Below, piece by piece: positions 1 to 11,325 of a DNA stretch of 64,000 nt. How positions within the stretch are numbered: position 1 is the stretch's first letter; the number at the start of each line of letters is the position of its first letter. The position numbers and the translations under genes are program-made. Below the pieces are notes generated by a model. That model was given only the letters and a program-made list of their open reading frames with translations, made no database searches and had not been told where the DNA came from. The stretch covers positions 5,146,001 to 5,210,000 of the forward strand of contig CM035358.1 in NCBI GenBank assembly GCA_020137815.1, in the 5' to 3' direction. This DNA is from Hormiphora californensis. Taxonomy: Eukaryota; Animalia; Ctenophora.

Positions 1-25
1 GATACGCTGATTGCCTCTGATAAAC

Positions 26-510
26 GGGGGGGGGGCCTGCCGCAAGAATCTCATGCCTCATTGGCGATTTTCAGGGTAGCTGGGATTTTTGAGATTTTTG
101 ATTTTTGGCTAAAAAACGTGGGATTTTTGAGATTTTTGAGGAAAATTTGCGATTTTTCGGGGGAAACCCGCAAATTTTTCTCAAAAATCTCATAGAAAAG
201 AAAAATTTCCATTCGAAAATTTGGAATAGAAACAATCCTTGTGTTTTTCTACCAAAAATCAAAATTCTGAATAGAAATTTTCCTTGTGTCCTAGTACAAA
301 AGTTAATGTGAAGCTAAAACATGAAATCTACCTATTTAAATTACTAAACTGCTATTATGATTCAGTTTTAAGCTAAAAAATATGTCGAAAAACTGAGTAC
401 AATTGGCAGCCAAAATTGTGCCAATTTACCACAAAAATCTCAAAAATCTCATCGGCCGAAAAGAGGGTAGCTGAGATTTTTGCGGCAGCCCCCCCCCCCC
501 CCCCCCCCCC
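26..510. mobile_element. Non-autonomous DNA element with G/C-run termini and imperfect terminal inverted repeats
   Basis: (G)n-CCTGCCGCAAGAATCTC at 26-52 is mirrored by GAGATTTTTGCGGCAG-(C)n at about 473-510. ATAAAC flanks both ends. Confidence 0.6.
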
Positions 511-518
511 ATAAACTT

Positions 519-881
519 GGTAAGCGGTAAATACTCACTCGGTTCTTCACATTTTTTGGACTTTTTTGGCCATAACTCAGCCATTTCTTGACCAATTTGC
601 AAAATCTTGGGCTCATTGGAAAGAAGACATTGAGAGCTTTCCAATGAGCCTTAGAAAATGAAAATCGGCGCAAAATGCGCGGCGCTATGGCGAAAACGCG
701 CATTTTACGCCATAACGCCGCGCATTTTGCGCCAATTTTCATTTTCTAGGGCTCATTGGAAAGCTCTTAATGTCTTCTTTCCAATGAGCCCAAGATTTTG
801 CAAATTGGTCAAAAAATGGCTGAGTTATGGCCAAAAACGTCCAAAAAATGTGAAGAACCGAGTGAGTATTTACCGCTTACC
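519..881. mobile_element. Palindromic MITE with 9-bp TSD (Mutator-like)
   Basis: Near-perfect foldback GGTAAGCGGTAAATACTCACTCGG...CCGAGTGAGTATTTACCGCTTACC. Direct repeat CATAAACTT at 510-518 and 882-890. Confidence 0.85.
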
Positions 882-1846
882 CATAAACTTATTGCCTTTG
901 CCCTCTTTCACTTCCCCGAAACTGTACGCTGTTTTCAGATCTACAATAGTGCAATCTTTTTAATCAATCTCATCTCCCCACACACAATGTATGCTTAAGA
1001 TTAGAAACTCGTTTCATCTCCTTCACGGCGTACGTGCTTTAAGGCCAGAGGGGGGTGGGTCCGAGGGTCAAAAAGTATACTTTTCTGAGGTTTACACATG
1101 TGATGTAACTCGGATGAAGGAAAGTTTTTGGTGGGGTAACTGCACGCCCAGTGTATCAGTGTAAACTAAAAAAAGTATGATTCCCTTGATTTGTTAATTG
1201 TTTTCTCTTTCCAAAAGATAGTAATACCGAGCATCTTACGACAAGTATCTTTCTCCTGTGACGGTAAACTTACCCGAGCTATGGTGCACACGACCACACG
1301 TTTTTTGATTGGATTGTAAATATACTTTTTCGTAATTTCGTCCCTATAAAGCACGTTGTGCTTTTGGTTTTTTCGCTCGTGTGAACGATGGCTGAGGAGA
1401 ATGGCAGTGGCAGTAGCACAGCCATGTCCGACAATGATTTGTTGTTGTTTCTCAAATGCACAGTTTGTTATTGTATCAAACTCAGCTCTTAGTTATTTTC
1501 TATCGTTCATTGCAGGGAGCTACAGCTGGAGGTATTTGTTGACGTTGGATCTGCAAGTGTGCTAGACTAAATCACTTGCAGGTAGTTTGTAAGTGTGTGT
1601 ATGCACTGCATACATTTGTAAGTGTGTGCATAAGTTTGCAAAATTTCCTTGTGAGCTTTATACCCAGGCATAACTACCTAGATTTGTTTTCCATATTTTG
1701 AGGGTATGAGAATTAAAGTATTCAGTGACTGACATTCAAAGCTGAACCTTGTTCCCTAATTTAACAGAATTATTAATAGAATAATCTCTAACAATAAGAT
1801 AATAGCTGAGACCACTAATAATGTAACTCCTATAATAATTGCAGAA

Positions 1847-2941
1847 ATGGATGTGTTGGATGTGATAAACGAGCTGCTTCACAGGACAATCAGTACTGGA
1901 AACACCACCCTCGATAACCACACAAACTACAGCAATACCACTGAACTAAAGTACAATGATCATGTAATTGTGGTACCCCTGCCCCTAGCCAGCGCTCCTA
2001 TTTGGGATGGAATTATCGGTGCATTACTCCTGGTGTGTCTCATTATGGGGACCACTGGGAATACAATAGCAGTCCGGTATTTCTCAGTGACGGGGATTAA
2101 CTTTGCACATCTTTTGTACACGATGATTTCTGTAGTGGATCTTCTCACTTCTGTGTCTTATTTCCCCATTTCAATTTGTTTGTTTACTAAACGTGAACCG
2201 GGGATTTTCAATAATTTCACGATTTGTGCTGGATGGACGATAATTTTTCGATTCCTCCAGAAAATCTCAACATTTCTCGTGATGGTCATGAGCGTTTATC
2301 GAGCGTTTCTCATTGCGTTACCATTCCACAAAGTCAAAACGAAGGGCATCCTGTTTTCTGTGGTGGTGTATGTGATATTCTTGGTGATTATTGATGCGAT
2401 AATGACTCGGGATTACAAATATCTCTCTGTCGGACCATTTTGTGTGGATTCTCCCCTTGCGGACGGAGGAAATACAACAGTTTACTTTCCCTGGGACACA
2501 GTCCTCAAAACACTAACTACAATCGAGCTAGGAGTCCCCTCAGTTATCGCCTTCTTCAGCTTTATCACGTGTGTTTATAAACTCTCCAGACCGTGTGTCA
2601 ATGCCTTCCAATCGGAACGAAACAAACGGGCAGCTGTCACAGTTGCTATTTTCACGGGTGTGTTCTTGTTTTGTAACCTGCCCTTTTTCACCTTGATGGT
2701 ACTCAATACCATCACCCGGACAATGGGTTTCACGTATCCAGACCCGTTTTTCAGAGGTGTTTTCATGGACCAATATTCGTGGCTGCTAGCCAAGATACTG
2801 TTGACGGCGGTGAACGCTTCGCTGAACCCAGTTATTTATTATTACAGGTTTAAAAAGTCAGGGAAACTTTCAGTTAGAGCAAGAGAGTCAATTTCAATGA
2901 AAGAACTGAGAAGAGGGTCAAATCGAAAGTATATTTGGTAG
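1847..2941 (+). CDS. Intronless rhodopsin-like (class A) GPCR, 364 aa
   Basis: Seven hydrophobic segments; TM1 GN; TM2 D (VVDLL); Cys at top of TM3; YRA in place of DRY; TM6 FCNLP; TM7 NPVIY; N-glycosylated N-terminus. Confidence 0.93.
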   Translation: MDVLDVINELLHRTISTGNTTLDNHTNYSNTTELKYNDHVIVVPLPLASAPIWDGIIGALLLVCLIMGTTGNTIAVRYFSVTGINFAHLLYTMISVVDLLTSVSYFPISICLFTKREPGIFNNFTICAGWTIIFRFLQKISTFLVMVMSVYRAFLIALPFHKVKTKGILFSVVVYVIFLVIIDAIMTRDYKYLSVGPFCVDSPLADGGNTTVYFPWDTVLKTLTTIELGVPSVIAFFSFITCVYKLSRPCVNAFQSERNKRAAVTVAIFTGVFLFCNLPFFTLMVLNTITRTMGFTYPDPFFRGVFMDQYSWLLAKILLTAVNASLNPVIYYYRFKKSGKLSVRARESISMKELRRGSNRKYIW

Positions 2942-3327
2942 TTTTTTTCTTAGGATTGTTTGAAAATGATGTTTTTGATTTCAATCTCCGAGTTCAAACT
3001 GCGTCAATCCAGATAAGGCTATTAGGATGCAGATGTATCTTTTGTCCAATTTACAAGTCCCAAAACACACCTATCGGGCGAGAGATGATGAAAATCAGGG
3101 TACCGGACAAAAACTCGAATGGACGATAACTCGAACTCGAACTCGAAAATTTCGGACTATAACTCACATTTTGAAAATCTCGAATCTAGGTGAGTTATAG
3201 TCCGGATCTGGTGACTTTTTGTCCGCCCCACTATTTAGGGTGAGTTAGAGTCCAAAAGGACATTAACTCACCTCTCATGGGAACTCGAGATTGCGGCCGA
3301 TAGGCCGGAAACGAGAGTTCACTGGTT

Positions 3328-3954
3328 TATAGACCCCGCTGCCTCAAATAGACGCACGGCGCGCTCAAACAATTTGCACTGGTCTATTGGGCCGTGCACT
3401 GCCGTGAGTTTGTGTCTCGATAGACGCACGCCCTCTGACAGATTTGTGTAAAGATCACAAAGAATCACTGGAAACACGATAAAATGACTTGGTAACACAA
3501 GAGGGAGTGTGTGTACAACCTACAACGCTCTCTGTCTAGATTTGGCGCCCGCCAGTCTGTTGCAACTGTTGCTCATGACCCACAATTAACTGTAATCTCT
3601 CTCTGCATTCCACCCTTTGAAACTGTTACGACGATTGTTACGAGTGTGTAGGAATGTAGAGAGGCACTCTGTAACTTCATTTCCAACTGTTTGACCCGTT
3701 TTGTGTGAGCTCTCTGTGTGTCAACCACCTAATTTGTGCTTGTTTTGCTTCTAGGTGCCCGCCAGCGGGGTCTATAGAACATAACTCCCTCCCTTGCGTG
3801 CAGATATACCTGTAAACCCCTCGCTGACGCTCGGGATTTACAGGGCTGCAATGCACGGTCCCTTCGGGACCCGTGCATTACAGTTCAATAGACGCACTGC
3901 TCTGCAGTGCGTCTATTGATTAGATGCCCGCGCGGGAGGGAGTTATGTACTATA
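3328..3954. mobile_element. Bipartite double-hairpin non-autonomous element, nested in an older repeat (about 3100-4320)
   Basis: First inverted pair TATAGACCCCGCTG / CAGCGGGGTCTATA (3328/3776) is immediately followed by a second pair ACATAACTCCCTCCC / GGGAGGGAGTTATGT (3779/3948). Confidence 0.6.
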
Positions 3955-4632
3955 TATTCCCTTAGTAGTGTTAGGGTTATTGTATGGGTTCGAGGTTAGG
4001 GCTGTATTAGGGTTGGGTTGGGTTTTACGGTAAAAACCAGGTGAGTTTCAATTTCGACATTTTGTCCTAGCTATCGACTTTTTGTCCTAGCAAAAAGTCG
4101 AAAATAAAGCGGACAGAAAGTCACCAAAAAATAAAAAGTCGACGCCAATTTTCGGACAATAACTCACTTTCGAGTTACAGTCCAGGTGAGTTACAGTCCT
4201 AGAGCCGAAAATCAACCACTCCGGCAAGTTTAACGGAAAATGTTCGAAGTTTTGGCGATTTCTTGTTAAAATCCACGACGCGCGGCCCGGATACCAAATG
4301 ACAAATCTCAGGCCGCGCGGCGTAATCAAGTTTACAAGTTACAAGTTTACAATTAAAGTTTTATTTATAAAGAAACAGGCCTTCCCTGAATGGGTCCACC
4401 TAAATAAAATCAAGTTGAAAAACTATCCCTTCACACTCACACTCATCAGCACAGCACAGCACATTGAGGCGAAAGGTCATTTGGAAGTGGCGGGTACCCT
4501 CTGACTGGAGGACGATCGTGAAATCCTGTCAAGTAATTGCCCAATGATGATTTGAACTGATTCAAGCTCACACAAGAATTGACCGCGGCTGGTAGAGTGT
4601 TCCATAAATGAGCTGCTCTTGGACCAAATGAG

Positions 4633-4998
4633 AGCGAGAGAAAAGAGTTGAAGCGCGACATCATTTTCTTACTGCGGCACATCTCTCTGATGCGCGGCTC
4701 ATTCCAGGTCGAGATCCAGGTCGAGATCTAGGTCGAATTTCACGTCGGAATATGTCGGAGGACCACTGTCACAGTGGTCCTCCGACATATTCCGACGTGA
4801 AATTCGACCTAGATCTCGACCTGGAATGAGCCGCGCATCAGAGAGATGTGCCGCAGTAAGAAAATGATGTCGCGCTTCAACTCTTTTCTCTCGCTAGTCT
4901 TTGTGTCTCTCTCACTACGAATGCGCGCCTCATTCCAGGTCGAGATTCTCGTCGAATTTCACGTCGAGGTATGGCAATTATGTTGGAGGACCACTGTG
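4633..4998. mobile_element. Transib-like MITE (CACAGTG termini, 4770-4998) plus an inverted duplicate of its left part (4633-4769)
   Basis: TIRs CACAGTGGTCCTCC(G/A)ACATA at 4770 and 4998. Near-perfect palindrome 4633-4895 centred on CACTGT|CACAGTG. Confidence 0.7.
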
Positions 4999-7369
4999 AA
5001 ATTGATTAGCTCGTTTCGTTTCTGCTCTATAGGGGTAAGGTGGTGGGACTATCCGCATACCCAGTCTAGCGTGCTGTTGAAATACTAGGTTGGCAGAGTT
5101 AGGTACAAAACCATGAATCGTCTTCCACACATGAATCAGAATGTAGCGCTGTCTCCGACGCTGAAGGGACATAAGATTGAGCAATTTCAGTCTATCCCAA
5201 TAGTCATGACCCTGCATACCATCAAGACGTCTGGTGAAACAACGTTGGACATTCTCAATAGCCTTGATATCACCAGCCTTGGAAGGGTTCCAGACTAGGC
5301 AACAGTACTCAAGAATAGGCCTGACCAAGGACTTGAAAAGCTGTACCATAACCTCCGGAGAACGGTCCCGAAAAACGCTGAATATCCAGCCACTCAAGAG
5401 GGAAGCCTTCCGCACTATAATATAAATGTGCCTCGTCCATGACCCATCTGCAGACATCTGGACACCCAGATCACGAACATCAGGTTCGGGGGTCAACTGC
5501 ACACCTGAGCTTGTAGTATATGAAAACACTTCAGCTGCGAAAGGAAACTGTCTGAGGATAGTAGACTTATTCAGACTGTAGCTCAAGAGCTGAAATTTAT
5601 CCTCATGTAACTTCATATTGTTCTTCTTTGCCCATTCTGCCACTCTTAAAAGATCGTTCTGTAGGCACGCCTGGCTAGTCATATCCGAAATAGCTTTTAC
5701 CAACTTAGTATCGTCAGCAAAAGTTAGACACATGCTACCGTCTAGCACTGACTCCAGGTCAAGAATATATATGAGGAAAAGAAGTGGTCCGAGCACACTA
5801 CCCTGGGCAACCCCACTAAGTACCTCGGCCCAGGGTGACCTCACTCCATCCACCATTACACACTGATTCCTGCCCAGGATCCACGCACTGATCCACTGAA
5901 GGAGTTGACCTCCAATACCATATCGCCTCAATTTAGCTAGCAGAACATTGATATCCACGGAATCAAATGCTTTACTAAAATCTAAGTAGATAGCATCGAC
6001 TTCCTGATCACCGCATAGATCAGATAGGATGATGTCAACATGGGTTAGTAGCTGTGTCATGGTACTGCGCCCCTTCCTAAACCCATGCTGAGTGTCACTC
6101 TGCAACTCCATCTCGTCCAAGTAGTCACTGATCCGTTTCCTCACCAGCCGCTCAAACACTTTAGACAGGTGACTTGTTATAGACACTGGGCGATAGTTCA
6201 CAGGTTTCGATTTAGCCCCCTTCTTGAATAATGGTGTTATGAACTGTTGCTTTAAGCAACTAGGGACAGATCCATCTTCAAATGACCTGTTCCACAACAT
6301 CCAAATCGGGTATGCCAGGCTACTGCTGCACTGTTTCAGAACAAAAGAAGGAATGCAGTCAGGAGGGGATGCTGAGAATGGCTTAAGTTCCTTCAAGCCA
6401 GTCTGGATACATTCCTGGGAAAACTCCAAACTTGTCAGGATCTCCCCAAGGTCCTCCACGTTACCAGCTGCCTCTGCGGGGTCGATAGCGGAAGGGTCGC
6501 TAAAAACGCTGGAAAACTGGTGTTGGAGTAATCCAGCCTTCTCTTGAGGATCCACAGTTAGTGAACCATCTTCACGCTCAAGGGGTGCAACTGAAGATTT
6601 AACCTTTGATTTCCTCTTGACGTGTGACGTTTTCTTTAATTACGTCGACAGCCTTCCTCTCTGCCTTCTTGTCCCTTGATATCAAATGGTCCTTTATCCT
6701 TCCAATAATACAGTCCATCAGTGATTTCCATTTGTTTGAATCGTCCTTTCGTTTAACCAATTTCCGTCTCCTGCTGGTTAAGTGTTTCAGTTGATCTTTG
6801 TCCACAAACTCTTTCCTGATTTTCTTCAACCGACAGTGTGACTTTACAACTTTGAACACTTTGTCACGCATGGCCTCCACAAAAAGGGAACCATCCTCGT
6901 CTCCCAGTTCTTCACATTCCGTCAACATTCGATCCCAATCAGTAGCCGCTAGTTCCGCATCAATACTAGTGAAGTCAGCCGACTGAAGATCCAATTGACG
7001 ATAACCCTCAAGTGTACTGGGAAGAAATAAACTTTTAGGACCGAGAGGGTTGAAAGATAGTTCACATGATACCCAGGAATGATCCGAGATACCCCCATCC
7101 GTAATAACAATATCGCTGAAATATTCTGGACGGTTGGTAAACACAAGGTCTAGCGTGTTGTTGCCTCTTGTAGGGCCCTCAACAACTTGGGATAGAAAGT
7201 TTGCGTCCATGAAATCAGCAACAACATTGTAGTTAGGCTGATCAACCGGGACAGACGAACCATCAGACCACTGAAAAAGAGGAAGATTAAAATCCCCAGA
7301 AATTACGACCTCTGATAATCGTCCATCACTGTGTTTATCTATAAAAGTCTGTAAATTGTCCATCAGCTT

Positions 7370-7902
7370 CCCCCATAGGAATTTCGCGCGGAGGAACCTG
7401 CATTCTCCAGCCTTTTCGTCACGCGAATGAAGGTGGTTATCCAAGAAAAAACTAGCTAAAGTCCTGGAGAAAACAGGCATTCGTGCAATCATTGTCTACT
7501 GCCCCGTTCCCCCTGTCAACACTGTCTGGCTGGAGAGGGGCGAGAATGGGAGAGAAAGAGGGGGTAGCTGTCAAGTGAATACCTACAACAATGGGAGAAA
7601 ATTATGACACCAAGTGTCACTAACTATAGCTATGTATCTGTGCATTAATCTAAATAAAACCCAGATAGTATTATATTTTCTACAATATTATGTTACCTCC
7701 CGTTTTTTGGGAGTCTGTAAGTTAAATATTTTCTGAGATACACCAGACAAAGTTGAAAGGGGGAACGCGGCAATAGACAATGACTGCACTAATGCCTGTT
7801 TTCTCCAGGACTTTAGCTAGTTTTTTCTTGGATAACCACCTTCATTCGCGTGACGAAAAGGCTGGAGAATGCAGGTTCCTCCGCGCGAAATTCCTATGGG
7901 GG
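7370..7902. mobile_element. MITE with about 140-bp TIRs, CCCCC termini and 2-bp TSD (EnSpm/CMC-like)
   Basis: CCCCCATAGGAATTTCGCGCGG...CCGCGCGAAATTCCTATGGGGG. Removal plus one TT restores LINE endonuclease VLDFQ-KLMDNLQ. Confidence 0.85.
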
Positions 7903-8290
7903 TTTTGAAAGTCTAACACACTTGACTCGGAGCGATACACAGCAGCATAAATAGTGTTTATTTGTTCAACATAGACAGCACACATATTGTTATTCGCACT
8001 CGCAAAATATATACTGTCAGAAACAGCCAGCGAACATTGAACATATAAGGCACAGCCTCCGCCAACTCGGTTTTCTCTATCACTTCTATAAACGTCATAC
8101 CCTGGTATCTGAACCTGAGCATCAGAATGATAACCCTTAAACCAAGTCTCAGTTACTGCAATGGCTACTATGGGAGTTTTCTCTTGCGTAACATAGTCTC
8201 TTATAAGACCGAGTTTCCAGCCTGTATCACCTGCTGGACTTAAGCTCCTTGCGTTAAGCAGTAACAGCTTGCTCGTAGGCGAAACAGGCC

Positions 8291-9919
8291 CTAACGATCC
8301 CTCCACGTTCGTCTCGGCTCTAGTCTCACGTCTAGCATTTCTCTCATTTTCGCGTCCATTCTCGCATCCATCGCACCCAAGAGTCTTTCGAAAAAAGCCT
8401 GCTCATCAAATGAGGCTGGCTCACGTGCTGCATTGGAGCTCGGCTGCTGGGACCGTGGCATATTAGTGCTACTATCCGTAGTTATTGTAGCATAGGATGA
8501 CATGGTTCTCGGCCTACCCACGTCGGTTGGCTGGGTGTTATTTCCCTTCACGTTGGCAGGAGCACGACGTGTGTTCCTCAGATGTTGAAAACGACAGTCG
8601 GTCTTGAGACATTGATGACTGAACTGTGAGGAACGACACAGGGGTGGGTGGAAATAGCGACATTCCTTACCCAGCTGACATCCGTACTTCTTCATAGATC
8701 CGTGTGAGCAGTACTTCCGGCACAGTGGAGGGTGTGACTTCTGGCAAGCAACTCCGTTGACCAACTTTGTTCCAGCACGACCATGCTTGCAGCGATGTTG
8801 AAGGTATTGCTGGCACACTGGAATTGGTTTGTCTGACTCACTATCGATCTGTTTCTCTTTTACCTTGGGTAGTTCCTTCTTATCACCGGTTGTGGTCACC
8901 TCCCCTGGTTTCTCGCTAACCTCAGCCGTCGACAAGAAACTGAACTTCCTCCTCAAACTGCCATCATTTGCCTCACTGGCTGCACTTTTAGGAGGACTGG
9001 CAAACTCCCCGTTTTCGCCAGAGAATGTTTCCAGTCTGTTCTTTTTCATACAGCCTGAGCAAATCCAAACAAAACCAGGGACACTACACTTAGGCTGCTC
9101 CTGGATTAGGTGGCAGTTGTGGCTACCACCACCACAGCTACTGCAGTTAAACCTGGATTTTTCTCCTCGTTTCAATGAGTAATCCAACTCACAGGCCTCG
9201 CAAAACTGAGGGAAGAGACCCTCGATAGCCATGATTAGCCAGTCAATGAGGCTAGATTTGCTACGGTACCTTATGCTGACACCATCGTCGGTCCGGGGCT
9301 TACCTCCCAGGAAAACAGCGGCCTCCTCCAGAACGGGGGCATCAAACTAACGGGCTCCCTTGCACCTCGGGAGATCTCCGCGGGAGATCTCCCGTTGATC
9401 TCCCAGAAAAGTATAATTTTTTAACTTTTTGTTGAAATTGGAAAAATATCGGTTGTTACCGACTAATTTGGACCCGCTGAACACGATCCAGCCCTCAGAA
9501 AAGCTCTCAAAAGTCAAGAACATGCTCAAAATTGAAATTTTTGTTCACGGCTAAGAATACACATAAACACAAAATATTAATTTTGAGCATGTTCTTGACT
9601 TTTGAGAGCTTTTCTGAGAGCTGGATCGTGTTCAGCGGGTCCAAATTAGTCGGTAACAACCGATATTTTTCCAATTTCAACAAAAAGTTAAAAAATTATA
9701 CTTTTCTGGGAGATCAACGGGAGATCTCCCGCGGAGATCTCCCGAGGTGCAAGGGAGCCCGTTATCCAGGTTGTTCAGGTTGGTCTGATATTTCTTTGCT
9801 GCCGGGTTGTAGGCCTTCAGGACTCGCTTAACTTCATCACCACAGTCAGAATCCTTACTTAGCTCTGACAGGATAGCCTTCTGCTTCCCCAGGATAACTT
9901 TCTCCTTGGCTTCAGTCAT
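8291..9919 (-). pseudogene. LINE ORF1 (PHD-like finger plus tandem CCCH fingers), split by MITE 9351-9761
   Basis: Removing the MITE and one flanking TWA joins MTEAKEK...NNLD to KFDAPVLEEAAVFLGG...MAIEGLF in one frame (about 404 aa). Confidence 0.8.
9351..9761. mobile_element. Palindromic MITE with about 185-bp TIRs flanked by TAA/TTA (PIF/Harbinger-like)
   Basis: CGGGCTCCCTTGCACCTCGGGAGATCTCC... is mirrored at 9761. Interrupts LINE ORF1. Confidence 0.8.
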
Positions 9920-11159
9920 AGTTTCCAGGGGTGGTCACTTGTACATGGCTTTCTGAAACTCAAATTAATTTGTTTAAAGTAGTGTTGAAAAGTTTGAAAA
10001 TCTACGGTTTAAGATTAAAAAGTTCGCGTGCCACAGATACTTCCTTTCGGTTTCATAAATTAATGGATGACGGACTCTTGTCATGTGTCCATATCCATGA
10101 TCATTATTCGACAGTCGTTCTGGATCTGTCAGGCCAATGCTCTGCAACAGTCCCGGATTCCAATTCCAATTCCATGGCATATATGCCAATTCTGTGACAA
10201 TGGCATTGGCTTGGTAACATAGACACCTGGCGCGACCCCCGCACTGGGGGCATTGGCATTGTCACACAGTGCAGAATTGGAAGTCAAGACTCCAATGCAA
10301 TTCCAAGTGATTTATATTGGTCACACACTAGTCGGTCAGACCAGGACATTGTCATTGTATTTGATAGAGTTACAAAAAAAACAACTCGATTTTGTGTCTG
10401 TCTCAATAGCGTACCGACAGTTTCATAACTTAATGAGTTGTTCAAAATCCAACAAATTCATCAACTTCAAATGACTCTGCTCGAATTTACGCATAAGTAT
10501 ACTTTTTAAGAGCTTACGATATATATCATGTATGTACAGATATTATAACTTTCCAGTTACCCATAATAACAACGTCTTGATAGAATTAATACATCGACTG
10601 GCTAATATAAATCGATCAATCTCTGTCAGAATTCTCTAGCTCATATCCAGATCTTACCAATTTTACATGTTTCAGTTTTTCTTGAACTTTCTCATAAAAC
10701 TCATCCCACGTGATAAATAATGTAACACTTCAATAATCTCCAATGGGTCCCTCTCCAGTATAATATTCCATGAATGAACAACATATATTCATAATACAGT
10801 GCCATTGGGTAATACCATGTGTAACTAAAAACTACAAAATAGTTGTGCACACAAACAGATCTCTATCATTGCACACAGACATATCACAAGAGATCTACAC
10901 AATGTTACTTTTCTCCCACTCAAAGATTTTAATTGGCACATTTTCAGAAAATATGAGGTAAAAAGAAATGTATATTTGCCTCTTCGGATCTTGGTTACTA
11001 TAACTATGATGGGGAACTGTACAATGCACAGTGACAGTGTGCATGGTTCTGCAAAGGAGAGGGAGAAAAAGAAAATAAATGTACAAACGTTTCAAAAAGA
11101 AACCCGCAGTAAACTAACTGCACCGTGCACTGTAGCAAACCTACGTACAGTTAGAAGTA

Positions 11160-11325
11160 CGCACAAACACACGTTCAGACTCACTCAGACACAGACTCAG
11201 ACGTCACACAAACACTCACACAAACACTTACAAACACACACCAACACTCACACGCACACAAACACTCACACACTCACACACACACAAACACTCACACACG
11301 CACACTCACACTCACACTCACTCAC
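11160..11325. repeat. Degenerate (CA)n/(CACT)n microsatellite
   Basis: Direct reading of sequence. Confidence 0.85.

Larger units (their letters stand above)
4446..8306 (-). pseudogene. LINE ORF2 (APE endonuclease + reverse transcriptase), disrupted
   Basis: Pieces 8306-7903, 7369-6600, 6600-4999 and 4632-4446. Two MITE insertions and a small deletion/frameshift near 6620. Confidence 0.9.
4327..10040 (-). mobile_element. CR1/L2-group non-LTR retrotransposon (LINE), near full length, inactivated
   Basis: ORF1 with PHD-like and CCCH zinc fingers. ORF2 with APE endonuclease (LLNARSL, VTETW, SGDFN, LDLVF, SDH) and RT (QHGFR, YLDFSKAFD, GVAQGSVLGPLLF, FADD). 3' tail of short (CTTGTAA)-like repeats at about 4327-4352. 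5' boundary approximate. Confidence 0.92.

Noticed and set aside
426-963. Near-identical ORFs on opposite strands (also 9347-9831, 14467-15616 and 63072-63992)
   Set aside because: By-products of palindromic MITE arms, not genes.
3960-4025. TTAGGG-like motifs suggesting a telomere remnant
   Set aside because: Few, degenerate and internal to a dispersed repeat.
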